Shown here: positions 37,760 through 50,776 of the stretch, piece after piece | Layout of the letters: each line of letters begins with the position of its first letter | Numbering within the stretch: the stretch's first letter is position 1 | Program-made: the position numbers and the translations under genes | The notes under the pieces: model-generated | Told to the model about the DNA's origin: nothing | Database searches by the model: none | The model's input: only the letters and a program-made list of their open reading frames with translations | Assembly: GCA_030704615.1 (NCBI GenBank) | Contig: CM060733.1 | Location: forward strand, 40,114,001 to 40,178,000 | Direction: 5' to 3' | DNA length: 64,000 nt | Origin: Takakia lepidozioides | Lineage: Eukaryota > Plantae > Bryophyta

Positions 37760-38200
37760 TCTAGAAATCTAGATACTCTAGCATCTCCACCCGTGTTCTA
37801 CTAACTCATGCTCAATGTTCTCCTGGGCCCCATAATTCATGGAGACTAGTCCTACAACCTCCTTTGGACTCCATGAAGATACCACATGTATGCAAATTTT
37901 TCTATCAAATCTGCAACACAAGTTTGCGCCCTGTAAAAGCATACTTGGAAAATTCATGATTTCATCTCTCATATCAACCAACTCCTCTGAACATCACCTT
38001 GAATAGATGCAACAAAGACATTAACCATGACGGGTCTGATAACATAATCAGGGCAAGACCTGTGTCGACAAACATCGATTTTATTGACCTGCTACTCAAA
38101 GGTCTTCTCTCTACTAACCTGCAGCTAACAAGGCAACCATCCAACCAACCATAACAGTTGACTGGCATCCTGACAATTCAGAGCCCATCAAATCCATCTG
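37760..38200 (-). mobile_element. Highly decayed Ty3/gypsy integrase fragment (tentative)
   Basis: Across frameshifts, the minus strand gives traces of the integrase core order (LVD..., HGVxKEVV.D, LW...TLxMS). Confidence 0.25.
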
Positions 38201-38269
38201 TCACCTCGAGTATGGTCTATCTCTCTACAACTCTCTCTAACTTTAAACTGGCCTTCCTAGCTTAGGTTA

Positions 38270-38850
38270 TCTGGAAAGCCCGAACTAATTGTTCACCTCC
38301 AGGCTAGTCCCACTACAGGAGTGAGCCCCTCACAGGTAATATTTATTCGCACTGTTTGCAACCAAACTGGGTGCGGGGTCGATAGCCACTAGGCTGCAAA
38401 AAACAAAGTACATTGTCTTTGGGGTCTACCTACCCTCAGCACTAAACTGAAATTTCAACTCAGGGCACCTCTGAACAATAAACAGATGCAGAGAGGAAAG
38501 GGAGATTGTCAATGCCACATGTGCAGGCCTGAAGACAATATCCATTTTCTGTTACAATGTCAGAGATATTCTCATCAGAGTGACCCACTTCAGGAACACA
38601 AAACTTTCAAAATCTCAAGGCCCCTGGCCGCCCTGGCCCTGTTCGGGTCTTATTGCTGCACAGCACACACACAGTGGATTGATGCTTGTGTGGAGGGCTT
38701 TCTGGAGGAAATCCAGAAAGCTCGAACCAATCGTTTATACCAAGGTAAGTCCCACTCCTGGAGTGAGCCCATCACAGACGTAGTTTCTGTTCCCTCTTGA
38801 TCCACCCAAACTGGGCATGGGGTCTATGGCCGCAAGGCTCCGGCAAACGG
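38270..38850 (+). mobile_element. Two tandem LINE 3'-end fragments; the longer one retains the ORF2 C-terminal CCHC motif
   Basis: CHMCRPEDNIHFLLQCQRY at ~38512-38570. The tails match 17330-17673 (reverse complement) and 53905-54215. Confidence 0.65.
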
Positions 38851-39366
38851 CATCTCATGAATATATCCTCTCTCTCTCTCTCTCCCCCTCTAAACCCCGG
38901 GTGCAAAGTGCAAACCCCACAAAAGGCTCCCGGAGGATTAGTTTCTCAAGGGGTCTATGGACGTATCGCTATAGCAAGCCAATGTTCGCAGGGAACGGCA
39001 TGAGCACTCTCTCCCTCTCTCTCTCTCTCACATGCAACCCCCAACTGGGACATGTACACGGCCTCTGCATATTGCAGGCAACCATGCAGTTAGAGCTCAT
39101 GTACCTTATGAGATAAAGAAACATAGCAGAGTGACAAACAACATCAAAAACACGTCTAATCCAACACTTAGCACCTAAATCCAGTTTGCAGCAGAATAAC
39201 CCATGCAGTGAACTTTTTGGAAGCACTCTTCTGATGAGTACAGCACTCCAGAAAAATAAACATCTCCCGCACATATCTATAGGCTCTAGAAAAGATAACT
39301 CAATTCCCTCTAAACGGCAGGGATTATAATTTTGGGGGTATGGCAGACGCGATTGATGGAACAGAT

Positions 39367-42257
39367 CTACTGCCCGCCAAAGAAGTTACTGTTGATGATA
39401 GAGCGCAAAACTGGAATAATCCCAATAAGGACCATTTGCAGCTGCTCTGAACTGCTTGCTCGAATACTGATTTGGCCTGCACCCCTGTTATTTAAATTAG
39501 CACGACCAACCAGCATAGTCTTCCCCAACATGAACTGTGACTGCAGGTTCCCACCGATAGCCAAGTCCCCATGCCAATCCATGATTGATAGACCAAGTGT
39601 GGAAAGCGTACGACTCAGGGGGTACTCTTTCCCTCTCAGTGTGGCCTCCAAACTACCCCCAAATGCCTTGTCGCCGCGGCCTGTAAGAACCCCTCCATTT
39701 ACTACCATTTTCAACCTTTTCCCCACAATCAACCTATCTTCGAGCTTCAATCCACCAGCTATCGTATCCCCCAGCAAAGTGAAAGTCAGGCCTGCAGTCG
39801 TCTTGTTCCTCTTGAAGTTGTTAAACCGGGTCTCTGCCCTGAGAGTGTATGCAAGATCCTTCCCAATGGTTTGTACATCAAACCCGGTCAATGTCACTTT
39901 GCCCTCTCCATGCTTCAACGAGGCTGCACATTCAACGGTAACGTTTGCCTCCTTCTTATCCTTGGTGATCTGCCCTGATACAGATGCTGGCACTTTATCT
40001 GCCACAACAAAAACCTTTTCCACGTTGAAGCCATCATAGCCAGGGTCGTGGTCCCACCCATGGGTCTCCAATACAGGGCGTACCAACCACTGGTTGACTG
40101 TCTCCAGGTACCGGTATCTGCAACCGGAATGCTGGATGTGAGAAAGAGAAAAGCAGAAAAGAGCAAATTTTATCAAGCCAGTGCTGCCTATTGAGTCAAA
40201 ACCTCTCTGCAGAAATCAGCCACATTGTGAAATTTGACACCAACAAATTCAAAAAGGAAATTTTGTTGAAAAGGTGATCGTACCGATGACTGGGGTTATC
40301 CGAATCAAATGAAGGTGGCAGAGCCATGTCGGGCATGGGAACCGGAACAGCAGCCCTTCCAGCTTCATCATCAAGGTTGGAGCTCTCCTCAGGAGACAGT
40401 TCCTCTTTGGGCATGGTAGCAGCTCGTTTCCTCATCTCTTTCCGTCGCCGGAGTTCTTCCCTCCATTGCTTCTTCTGGAACAGCCTCTCCCGATCCTCCA
40501 CCTCTTCGAAGTACTGCTGCTTTTGCTCAGGGCTTAGCTCAGCCAGTTCTTCCTTTGCAAGGGGCCTGACAAGTGGGACATCAGAAAAACAGAATAGCTT
40601 GGACCATCAAACATTCATCTCACTAGGATAGACCAGGATACAAAGCCATGATGCACACTATCGTGGTTGGTATCACACCATCTTAAGCCTTACCCTCCCT
40701 GTCATACGTTTGGATCCTCTCATGACTAGGAGTGACACATTGTCCTGAAACGCTTTTGCCTCCCTGCCTACTGATCTGAACTAGTGCTAAGTGATCTAAT
40801 ATAATTTGACAAAAATACCTGAAAGACGGCAACTCATCATAGTCGTCACCATCTGACTCATCCTCTTCCAGCTCCTCATCTGTATCATCTTCATCGCCCA
40901 TCTGTTCATCTGGCATTTTGAGCTGTGCCCGAGACTGCAGGAGAGAGGAGAGGAGGAAAGGCAAGGGGGGTACACGTGGACGCTGCCCAAAGGGCCTTCC
41001 CGGGGTACTAGTGTCTTGAAGCTTCAGCAACAAATTGGCCTCAGCGAGTATCTTGGAGGCAAAACACAGTAACAAAAGCTGTGGTTTCCATATCTGCCCA
41101 TTTGGGAGCACACGCTGCCCTGACCGGTTGGTCCTGCAAGCAGGGTGATTTTCCACTAGAGACACAGGATTCATAAGCCTCATATCTCCAGCAGCTTGCC
41201 GAATCGTTTGTTGTACAACATGGGACCTCTGGGCTACAAACATCTCATAGCTCAACGGAACACCATTGGGTCCATCTGGCGGTGCTGATGAGGCATGGGT
41301 AAGAACCACAATGGCATTGAACCACACAGCAGCACCAAAGAGATCGGTTATTGTACGCAACAGAGGTAGATCTCCATAGTCTCGACTCTGCATATCGAGC
41401 CGGTCAAAATAAAGAACGATATCCGGGGATGATTTTCTGATGAACCTCTTCACTGACCCCATGATCCTTTCATTGTGTTGCTGATCAGCCACTGAAGGCA
41501 GCAGCCCTGGTGTGTCGATCACCCTCACCTGCACGACCAACATGAGACAGTTTCAGAGTTGGAAACAACCATAACCTACAGGAAATGTACTAGTTACACT
41601 TCACTGGCAATAGCCTCTTGTCGCAAGAGAGAAAGAGAGAGACACCATGCATATGTGGGGCCCAAACATGGTGTAGCCTTCCACATCTTGTGCTCCCAAT
41701 GCGTGTCTCCTTTTCAAATACCAACACAAAGGAGGATTTCCAAAGTAGGCTTTCACAAACAGTGGAGGCAGGGCTATGTGACCCTGTTTGTGCACGAAGC
41801 TCCCAGGAGTCCTTCTCTTGGCTCTCCTGTGTTCACTGGCTGTGTATCTGGCTCAAGCCTGCTAAACTGCCAAAGTAGATTGTACGAAACCCCCTTTGCA
41901 GCATGGCGTAGTGGGCCCATCAAACCGGACGGAAAGGGTGATAACCACGAGGACGCTGGGTTTTAGAGGCAAAGGTCTAAAATGGTCACTTATCCAGATG
42001 AGCCTGTGGGAAGCACATCTGCATGCACAAAGGGCAAGACAGCGTTTGCCATAGCCTTGTTGCCATAGACCCCGCACCCAGATTCGGTGGAAGAAGAGTA
42101 ATCAGCACTACCTTTGGCCAACTAGTACCATACCCTTCAGATCATCCTTAAGAGCCTCACCAATGTCACAAACCGGAAACAAGTCCAGGGTTTATGCATA
42201 ACTTCAGACATTCTTCGTGCTTCCGACATGGCCTTATACACATGAGCCTCCAAAGAG

Positions 42258-42304
<47 letters not shown>

Positions 42305-45063
42305 ACCCAACTGGCCACAAAGTACCATTGAGATCAGATACCCTGCACGATACTAGCGATCCTGGAGCTCCTCATGTGGTTTTCAGCCTCAACCCACCAG
42401 AGTAAGAAATTTAACCCAGAAGTTGTCAGAGCCAACCACCAATAATCGGTCTCCAATTGTGATGTTGTACTGAGGGCTGGGACAGACATTGGTCAAAAAC
42501 TGTGACATCTACATCACTGCACTACCAGTCAGAGAATAGGAACTGTAGGGCACAATCATAAACTGTTCTCCCAAGATTGGCTATGACATACCATTGGCCA
42601 ACTAGTATCATACCTTAATGCCATGCACACTCCCGATAATCTCTTGCACCTTGTTGGTCGACGGGTTGAACGCATTTGTCCCACTGCGAGGCTCATCAAA
42701 AATGGAATTGATAGTGGCACTCTTACCCACCCCTGTTTTCCCCAGTAGCAAAATTGTGCATGCAAAATCAAGCTCCTCTTCTTGGCCAGAAGCTTCTTGT
42801 TCCTCTGCTATGGCATTTGCACGGTCAAAGCTGAAGGCGCCAGCTCGGCTAGCAGTTCGACCCCCTCTTAACTGTTCAGCTAAACCCAGGCGATAAAGAA
42901 CTTGGGCTACCACTACATTTTGGGGAGACTGGCCAAGCCGGTGAGCTAGCCTCAAAAACTTCACCCGAATATTCTGGAGTTTCTCGCGTGTCTCATCATT
43001 TCCATCATTGTTTCCATCACCATTTGAAGGATTCTCCTCTGCTGGGGCAGATAACTGAGAGGCAGCCGGACCGTTGCTGCGCTGTACCTGCCTTGATGCT
43101 GGTTCCAAAGACGTGACCGAACGACTCCGCGCCGTTGGCCTGTCTGGTAGAGAAGGCCCTGCGGCACCCAAAGACGGGGGCTTGGGGATTGCTTTTGACC
43201 GCTCCAAATCTAAATCTGCCCGTTCATCTTCCTCGTCATCTTCCTCTTCCTCTGACTCATCAACTACAGACCCACCCCTAACTTCCTCGGGAACAACCTG
43301 TGCTGGTCCTTCTTCCTCCTTTTTAACACCATGCTCATTCGTGATGAGTGGAACTGGTGTCTCCTCTACATCCTTTGTAGCTTTGAACTCTGGAGCAATG
43401 CTCTGTGGAGCTGCCACAGTCTCTTCTTGATCCTGGGAATCATCAACTCCAGACCCATCCCTAATTTCTTCAGGGACAACCTGTGCTGGTGGCTCTTCTT
43501 CCCTTTTCTCACCATGTCCATTACCATCTTCGGATATGCGTGGAACTGGTGTCTCCTCTGCCTCTGCATCCCCATTAGCCTCCCCTGCTTTCGGCTCCGG
43601 GGCACTGATCTGTGCTGGTGTCACAGTCTCCTCTTCCCCTGCTTTTGACTCTGGGGCAGAGACCTGTGCAGGTGCTACAGTCTCCTTCTGATCCTCTGAC
43701 TCGTCCACTCCAGATGCATCCCTAACCTCTTCAGGGACAACAGGTGCTGCTTCTTCTTCTTCTTTTTCATCCCCATTAGTATGTTGGGTTATCACTGGAA
43801 CTGGTGGCTTCTCTACCTCTGCATCCCCAGCAACCTCTGGTTCTTTCAACTCTGGAGCAATGCCCTGTGCAGGGGCAGTCTCTTCCTGATCCTCTGCCCT
43901 GTCCGCTGCAGACCCATCCATTACTTCTTGGGGAGCACCCGGTGCTGCTGGTTGTGCTGCTGGTTCATCTCCCTTTCCATCACCATTGGCATCTTGGGAA
44001 ACGACTGGAACTGGTTCCTGTGCATCCCCAGAAACTTCCAGTGCTTTTGACGATGCCGGGATGGTCGGTGCAGGTGCTAGAGAATCGTCCTGATCCTCTG
44101 ATTGGTCCTCCACTCCAGACCCCTTTCTAACTTCTTCAGGAACCACCTGTGGTTCTGGTTCCTCCTCTACCTCTGCATCCCTTCCAGTCTCTTCCTCTTC
44201 ATCCTTTGATTCTCTGGCAATAATTCGTGCTACTGCCTCGTCATCTTCTCCATCTTCCTTAGATTCTCGGGCTATGATCCGGGCAACCGGCTCTTCCTCC
44301 TCCTCTTGCTCACCATCTTCCTCTTCATCCCCATCATCCTCTTCATCCCCGTCCTCCTCTTGCTCTTCATCATCTTCGTGATCTCCGTCCTCCTCATGAC
44401 CTCCCTCGTCATCCTTGGATTCTCGTGCAATGATTCGCGCTACTGGCTCATCCTCCTCTTGGTCCACATCACTATCTTCATCCTCTCCATCATTTGCTTC
44501 TTCAAAATCGTCGCCCATCTCTCCATACACGCTCTCAACATCTATACGCCATGCGCATAACAAGGGTCAGTGCATCCCTTTTCAACCTCGAGTGAACATG
44601 CACTCCATTTCTCTCCCCCCTCCCCATATGGATTCTCCCATGCCAAATCATGCACCACCGTTGCTCACCATAAACACAACTACATACTTGGCAAACAACG
44701 TAAACTAGTAAACTACGAGGGCATTTCTGCAGGCACGCTCCTATTCTGCCGTGATGCAAAACAAGCTCAAGCAGCAAAGCACGGAGGTGCAATCCCCAAA
44801 CAAAGGCTGCCCTTGAGCACGCAAAATCGGGATGCAGCCAACAACCCACCTGAGCCAATCAAGCGGGGCACACTATGCGCATCTTCGAATGTCTCTCCGT
44901 CATGAGACAGGGCATCCCCATTCAAGGACTCTCCATCCACGGAACCGTCCTGCCAGTTTTCGGCACCGAGATGGTCCGCCGCTGGCACGAATACCTTGGC
45001 TGCAGCATCTTGAGAGGCGTCAGCTGCTGCAGGCTCGGCCGCCATATCCCTCACAGCATCCAT
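39367..45063 (-). CDS. TOC132: TOC159-family chloroplast import receptor GTPase (Toc132/Toc120-like), 5 exons, ~1294 aa
   Basis: Exons 45063-44850, 44541-42614, 41528-40819, 40565-40284 and 40117-39367 (GT-AG, 3885 nt in frame). Acidic A-domain; G-domain GKTGVGKS / VIDTPG / VLTH; M-domain VPVPMPDMALPPSFDSDNP, HGWDHD, LNNRGAGQISIRASSSEQLQ. The symbol denotes the subgroup; orthology is not proven. Confidence 0.95.
42261..42303. repeat. (GA)n microsatellite in TOC intron 2
   Basis: About 21 uninterrupted GA units. Confidence 0.95.
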
Positions 45064-45358
45064 GGTTGTTGCAGGCAATCTAGCAGCCGTGCTCTCTCAT
45101 CCCTTCACACAAAACCCCACCTTTGTGTGTGTGTCTTAGTCCCAAAACCCCAGCCTGCCTGCGCAGTGTAAGTGTGTGTAGTCCCTTGAGCCACGGAAGA
45201 TGAACAGATAAGACTGCCAAGGGGCGGCCCTAGCTGCCCTCCCTATGCTCCCCCTCCCCCCTCACTAATCCCCCTCCACTCTCACTAATCAGCCACTATT
45301 GTCACTAACCCCTCCTTTACTGTCCCGGGCTACTAACTAACCCTACCGCATTTCCTGC

Positions 45359-45367
45359 AAACCCTAA
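45359..45367 (+). promoter_or_regulatory. Telo-box (AAACCCTAA) about 300 bp upstream of the TOC start, next to repeated CACTAA motifs
   Basis: Exact motif match; function is inferred only. Confidence 0.3.
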
Positions 45368-45376
45368 TCCAGAGCT

Positions 45377-45727
45377 ATGTGCTCTGGGCATCATGCATCT
45401 CTGTTCATCCATTTCAACGTCCTCGTTGGAATAAATCATCCATTAGTCCATTGGAAGGTTGTTGATGTTGTGGGATGTGCATGGTGGCATATGATTAATA
45501 ACATCCTCGCAGAAAATTATTCGGACTACGAAATTGTTCGATACGGTAGATAGGTAATGACTGGCTCGGTTTATGTGCTCTGGGCATCATGCATCTCTGT
45601 TCATCCATTTCAACGTCCTCGTTCTGATAGATCATCCGATTGTTGATGTTGTGGGATGTGCACCGTCGCATATGATAAATGACATCCTCGCGAAAATTTA
45701 TTCGGACTACCAAATTGTTCGATAGGA
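45377..45727. repeat. Imperfect ~195-bp tandem duplication
   Basis: tatgtgctctgggcatcatgcatctctgttcatccatttcaacgtcctcgtt at 45377 and 45572; ttattcggactac..aaattgttcgata occurs twice. Confidence 0.9.
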
Positions 45728-48700
45728 CGGAGGTTGGGCAGCGCATGAGCACAAGTAAATATTAAGGACATTCCTTAAATGTTTTCGAATACTCTCCAAA
45801 ATTGAGAAACTAAAAACTTTGCGAAACTTTTTTTAACTGCTCACATAGGCCCTCACAACATCACTTAAGAAACAAGTAACACCTATACACGATAAACATG
45901 TTACCCTATAGGCGTGGGGTTTCCTCACGTTATGCGAACCGGATACCCCAAAAAACCCCAAAAAAACAAATTTCGTGGTTTTCAGTCCGGGTATTGGCAG
46001 TATAAGCCCTAGAAAGTTATTTTCGCATTGAGAAAATAAATTTGAAGGTAACTCAGATGTAATTCCTATGACCGCAGTTTGAAAACATTTAACCCCTATG
46101 ACCGCGAGTTGTGCTCACGCCGTGCTCACGCTCTGCTCATAGGATACCAACCCCCCATAGGACCGATACTACCCACAATAGAGTTCTCCAATGCGACCGG
46201 ATAAATTTATCCACAAGCATGGATTTGAACGATACTTTTCTTACTTTGCATGGATGAATGTATGTATACAATTCACTATGCAATTCCGTTGTGATGGCGA
46301 TGTTCACCTAGGAGAAGTTGAGTACCAAAATGGGAATTTCTACATAATATAGGAATATCCATAGAATCTTTATGGTGACACAAAAAAGAGCTGAGGCAAC
46401 AAAAAATTTGAGAATCTGTTATGCTCCCTCGGCCACAAGCCATCCACAAGTACACAATCGACCCTTGCATGAGGTACCCATTCCAAAAAGCATATTGCAG
46501 TAGTTTAGGATATTCCAATATTTGAAGTGATATTTAGATGTCAAATATTTTTTATTTTTTGTAAGTCTTATGGCATTTCTTTCATAGATTCCAACTAAAT
46601 TTTGTCACCTGGTATTTTTAATTAACTCGTTGTGCCTGGATTGCTGCATAATTAACCTCACAATGTCCTCCGTTGTGGCAGTGAGGATGTCCACCAGATG
46701 CGCCGTAGAGGAGGCACTCCAGGAAGAATGTACGGATTCGTCCATGTTTGTTGTAGGCATGTCAATGTCGGAGTCCAGGCACATTTCTTGCACATGCACA
46801 TTATCAGGTTACAAGCAAATTACAAACAATGACTAGCATAATATTGAACGAGACGTGAACTCGTCCAACTCACCTCCCGCATATAGTCGCCAAACTGGAG
46901 GAAACGATAATGTCACCATGCTAGCCAACTGACCATTGCTCCCTCGTCTGATTTCTTTACAGCACTTGACGTTGTCCACATAACCACTAGTAATGGTACT
47001 ATGCCCGGATATCTATTGGATGTCTAAATATAAATACAACAATATATGAAGCAAGCCAGTTTGTTGGCCTTGCCTTCCTAAGGCATAACTACGCAAAGGG
47101 TTGAGCGGCTTATCGCTGCTATAGCACCAATACTTTCTATTACACTTCCAATTCGATAGAGAGAGTTGCCACTAGAATATTTTGTCCATATTTTTAATGG
47201 ATGATATCCCCTGGATGAACAGTTCATGGTCAGAACCAGTTTTGTTTGGCCTTCGGGTCCGGAGTTCAACTTCTTGTGCATGCCATAAATGAGGATATTA
47301 CCCTGTGTGCCACCCGGGTGATTCAGGGCTCAAATCCTATTACCGCAATATTTATCAATAGGTCTCCGATGCAACACAAAAAGCATTGAGGATCTCAACA
47401 ATGTTATGCACGTTGACAAGCTAGGAAACGCTACTCCCCATATTTTTTTGTGCTCCTCATAATCTGCATAGCTGGCCTCTTCGTGTCCAATCAAAACGTT
47501 CCACATAGGTGTGGTTGTGCATTAGGCATAAACTAAGGGTTGTAACTTGTAACCCGAGCTGTGTCGCTCCTTGTCGCAGAATTGACAAACCGAGCATTAG
47601 CAGCTATGCTGCTCGGGGGTTGGTATCTCGTGAGCAGGAAAAAAAAAACAAGCATGAGCACGACCCACTATTATCAGGGTAAACATGTTTGCAAACTGGA
47701 ATATAAGTCATAGGCGGACCAGGGTACTGCTACATTAATAGGGTTAGTTACATGGTCTATGAGTATATTTTAGCTAAAAACCCTATTTTAGCTGAAGTGG
47801 TGTTCCGCTATTACATATTTGTGTTTTATAGAGGATTTTAGTTATAGAGATATTTGATATTATAATGTTATGAGCAACAGTTCGCTAGCGAAATTACCTC
47901 AAAAATTGTGCTCACACAATGAGTTTTGTTGGCAAAATAAACCAAAAAATAAAATGAAATCGAAAATGCAGTATTCTTCTAATTTCGAAACTACTCAAAA
48001 ATTTGTGCTTACATGAGCACCATGAGTTTCGTTGGCGAAACAAACCCAAAAAATCAATCAATCAATCAATCAATCGAAAAGATAGTTCGCGCGACTCGCA
48101 CAAATTCTGATGTAATTGTGCAATTTTGTCACGTGAGCGTATTTTCGTTTCATTATAGGGATATTTTTGGAATCTATAAAATATTCTAGTTCGCTCGCGT
48201 GAGTACGCTCAGACGCTGCCCAACCTCTGCTGCCCCCTGCGCTACCTAGTAAATAGACCATGTAAATGACGAGAATGACGTAGCAGTACCCAATGCCCGC
48301 CTATGGCTCGTATTTCCGTTTGCAAACATATTACCCATATCACCGGGCCTGTGATAGCGTGGACGGTTTTCCTACTACAAGTGATCCAACACACAACCAA
48401 CTCCTCTTATCTGTGGGAGTCTGGGGAAATGTAGCACAAACAATAGAGGGATTCTTTCCTGAATGTCCAGTGGTCATATGCATTGCTGCTAGATCGGCCG
48501 GCCCCACCCAAGGAAGGGAATTCCGCCTCTTTTATTGGTGCATCATCCCTCTTGCATGGCGTGGGAGTTGAACAAACAAACAATGCGTCTGGTGTGTTCA
48601 ACAAAAGTCACATGAGGTGTGGGGTGGACTAAGTAGTGGGGTGGTGAGGTTGGTGCCAAATTGACTACCGAGTTCAACATTTGGCCCACAAGCTTACTGG

Positions 48701-48778
48701 CTCTCTTGTAGAGAGAGACTTTGCAACATGTTGAAGTCAATGGAGAAAATGTGGTCAAAGGACCTTACACCACGTCCG

Positions 48779-48897
48779 GGCTCTGATTTGTGCTGAGGTA
48801 TGCACCTTACTCTCACCTTCCTCTTATGTTTTGCCAAAGCGTCAAGGCTCCGATTTGTGCTGAGGTATGCACCTTACTCTTTTATGTTTTTCCAAAG
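48779..48897. repeat. Short direct repeat (~60 bp x2)
   Basis: gatttgtgctgaggtatgcaccttactct...ttatgtttt.ccaaagc occurs twice. Confidence 0.85.
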
Positions 48898-50776
48898 CAA
48901 GAGAGCCTATCGCCCTGTTAGGCTTGTTTTTTCCTTGCTCTCCGGTCAGTCAATATGATCTTCAGGGCTCCAGCCCCTTTCAATATCATACTTTCAAACA
49001 ACAACAAAAACAGTAATACACTTTCTAGTGATAACTATATAGTTATCCAATAAGTCAACAAGGACACCCCACTTGGATAATACATCAATATATATGACCG
49101 CAACCAAAGTTAGCGTAAATAAGAGCCTCTTCCCTTTGCTATTGTCCCTTTGGGGGGTGGGCTCTATTACTTGGATAACAGATTTTGGGTGGGATGTGGT
49201 GCCAAGTTTGACTTGCTTTCCTTTTGTAGTAAAGCTTTTGTGGTCCCTTGACATCTCTCTAACACAAATCATAATCTCTTCAAATAAGAGCCACCTTCAG
49301 AACTAACTTAGGAACTGGCTCAAGTCACTTATTTACGTCTACTTTGCCGGAGTCTTCTCTCACTTCAAACAAATAACCTACAAAATTAGACAAAATGTTG
49401 ATGATACTTGGATGCGCTAGGTTTTTTTTTTCCCTTTAATTTTCAAAGGGAAACACCTGGGAGCAGGCTATTCGTCGTGTACAATCCCAGAAAAAGAATA
49501 TATTGCCACTCAACTCTTTGTGAATCAAGATATTAAATTTATGTTCAACACTACTGGCTGGATCAATCATGTCGCCTATCACTAAAGCAACTCCTCCCAA
49601 TTATGTTTTTTCTAAAATTGAAAGGGAGACAGCCAACAGCAAGAAAAATAAAATAAAAAATAAAACAGACCGGATTACATGCTCTTCAATGTTTTTTTTC
49701 TGGGAAAAAATGGCCAGATTTTGACCTGGAAAATGGGTCAGCTACATGTACAAATGAATTATAGGGGTAAAATCCGAAAATTTCACAAGTAGTTGAGAAT
49801 TAGGAGCCTAATTTTGCAGACGTGGCCCAGTTAAAACGTGCCACTTGGAATATAGCCACTTTTCTATCCCTGCCACCTCGTTATTCTTGCCACATGGGCA
49901 CTGGACAGAATTCACATGTGGCCCCGCCTGCGATTTTGAAAAAATGAAAAGAAAAACACTAACTTGCTCTTTAGTTTGTGACATTTTTCATATTTGTTTT
50001 CGACCCGCTTTATTTTTATTTATTTTTATTTTATTTTTAAAGTGCATAAATAATATTATACTACAATTGTCATTATTTATAACCGGGATCGGGGTGGGAA
50101 AAAGTTAGGATGGTTGAACGGTTCAACGATCATCAAATGGCATCATCCCATTCGACGATGTGTCCGCCACATGGCACGTTTTCACCCCTATGCTCTGTAC
50201 GTTTGCCAAGTGGACACATCGTGGTCGCTCCAAGTTCGGATCATTGGGAGTCGTCTCACTGGAACGGGATATATGGGTCACGTAATTAATTGGAATAAAA
50301 GAAATTACGAAATTACAATGTTTTACATAAATATTAAACAAATAAGCAGCGGTCGGAGGGGTCCGTCGGCGTGTTGGACTCCACTCGCAGTCTGCGGAAC
50401 CCATTCTATTAACAGACATCTGCCCCAGGGTGGCTGCCCTGGCTGCCCAGGCGTCATCGGGCATGGAGGAAAAATTGTTACGGAGGCTACTTGTCCCTGG
50501 GCAGACAAGGATTGTTTTTCGGGGCAGACCTAGGAAGGTTCAAAGGCCTGCCCGGCTCTCTTATTTGAGGATTTGTACCCTAATAAGGTGCGGAGCTGTG
50601 GCTATGGATGCCTGCAGAGGTTACTTAGAGGCGTGTTGATGTGGACGTGCGTGATGGGGGAGGGACATGGTGTGTTGAGGTCTGTTGATGCTCTGTTGAT
50701 GCTCTGTTTCCTGGTGAGGGAAGACGAGCAGTTATAGATCTGAAGGGAGTTGGAGGAGTCGAGCAAGTGTGGAAGA

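Noticed and set aside
42618-44905. Many plus-strand ORFs over the TOC gene
   Set aside because: They are antisense shadows of the repetitive acidic exon.
45770-50300. AT-rich intergenic tract with short repeats, probably old DNA-transposon debris
   Set aside because: I could not identify matching termini, TSDs or a transposase motif.
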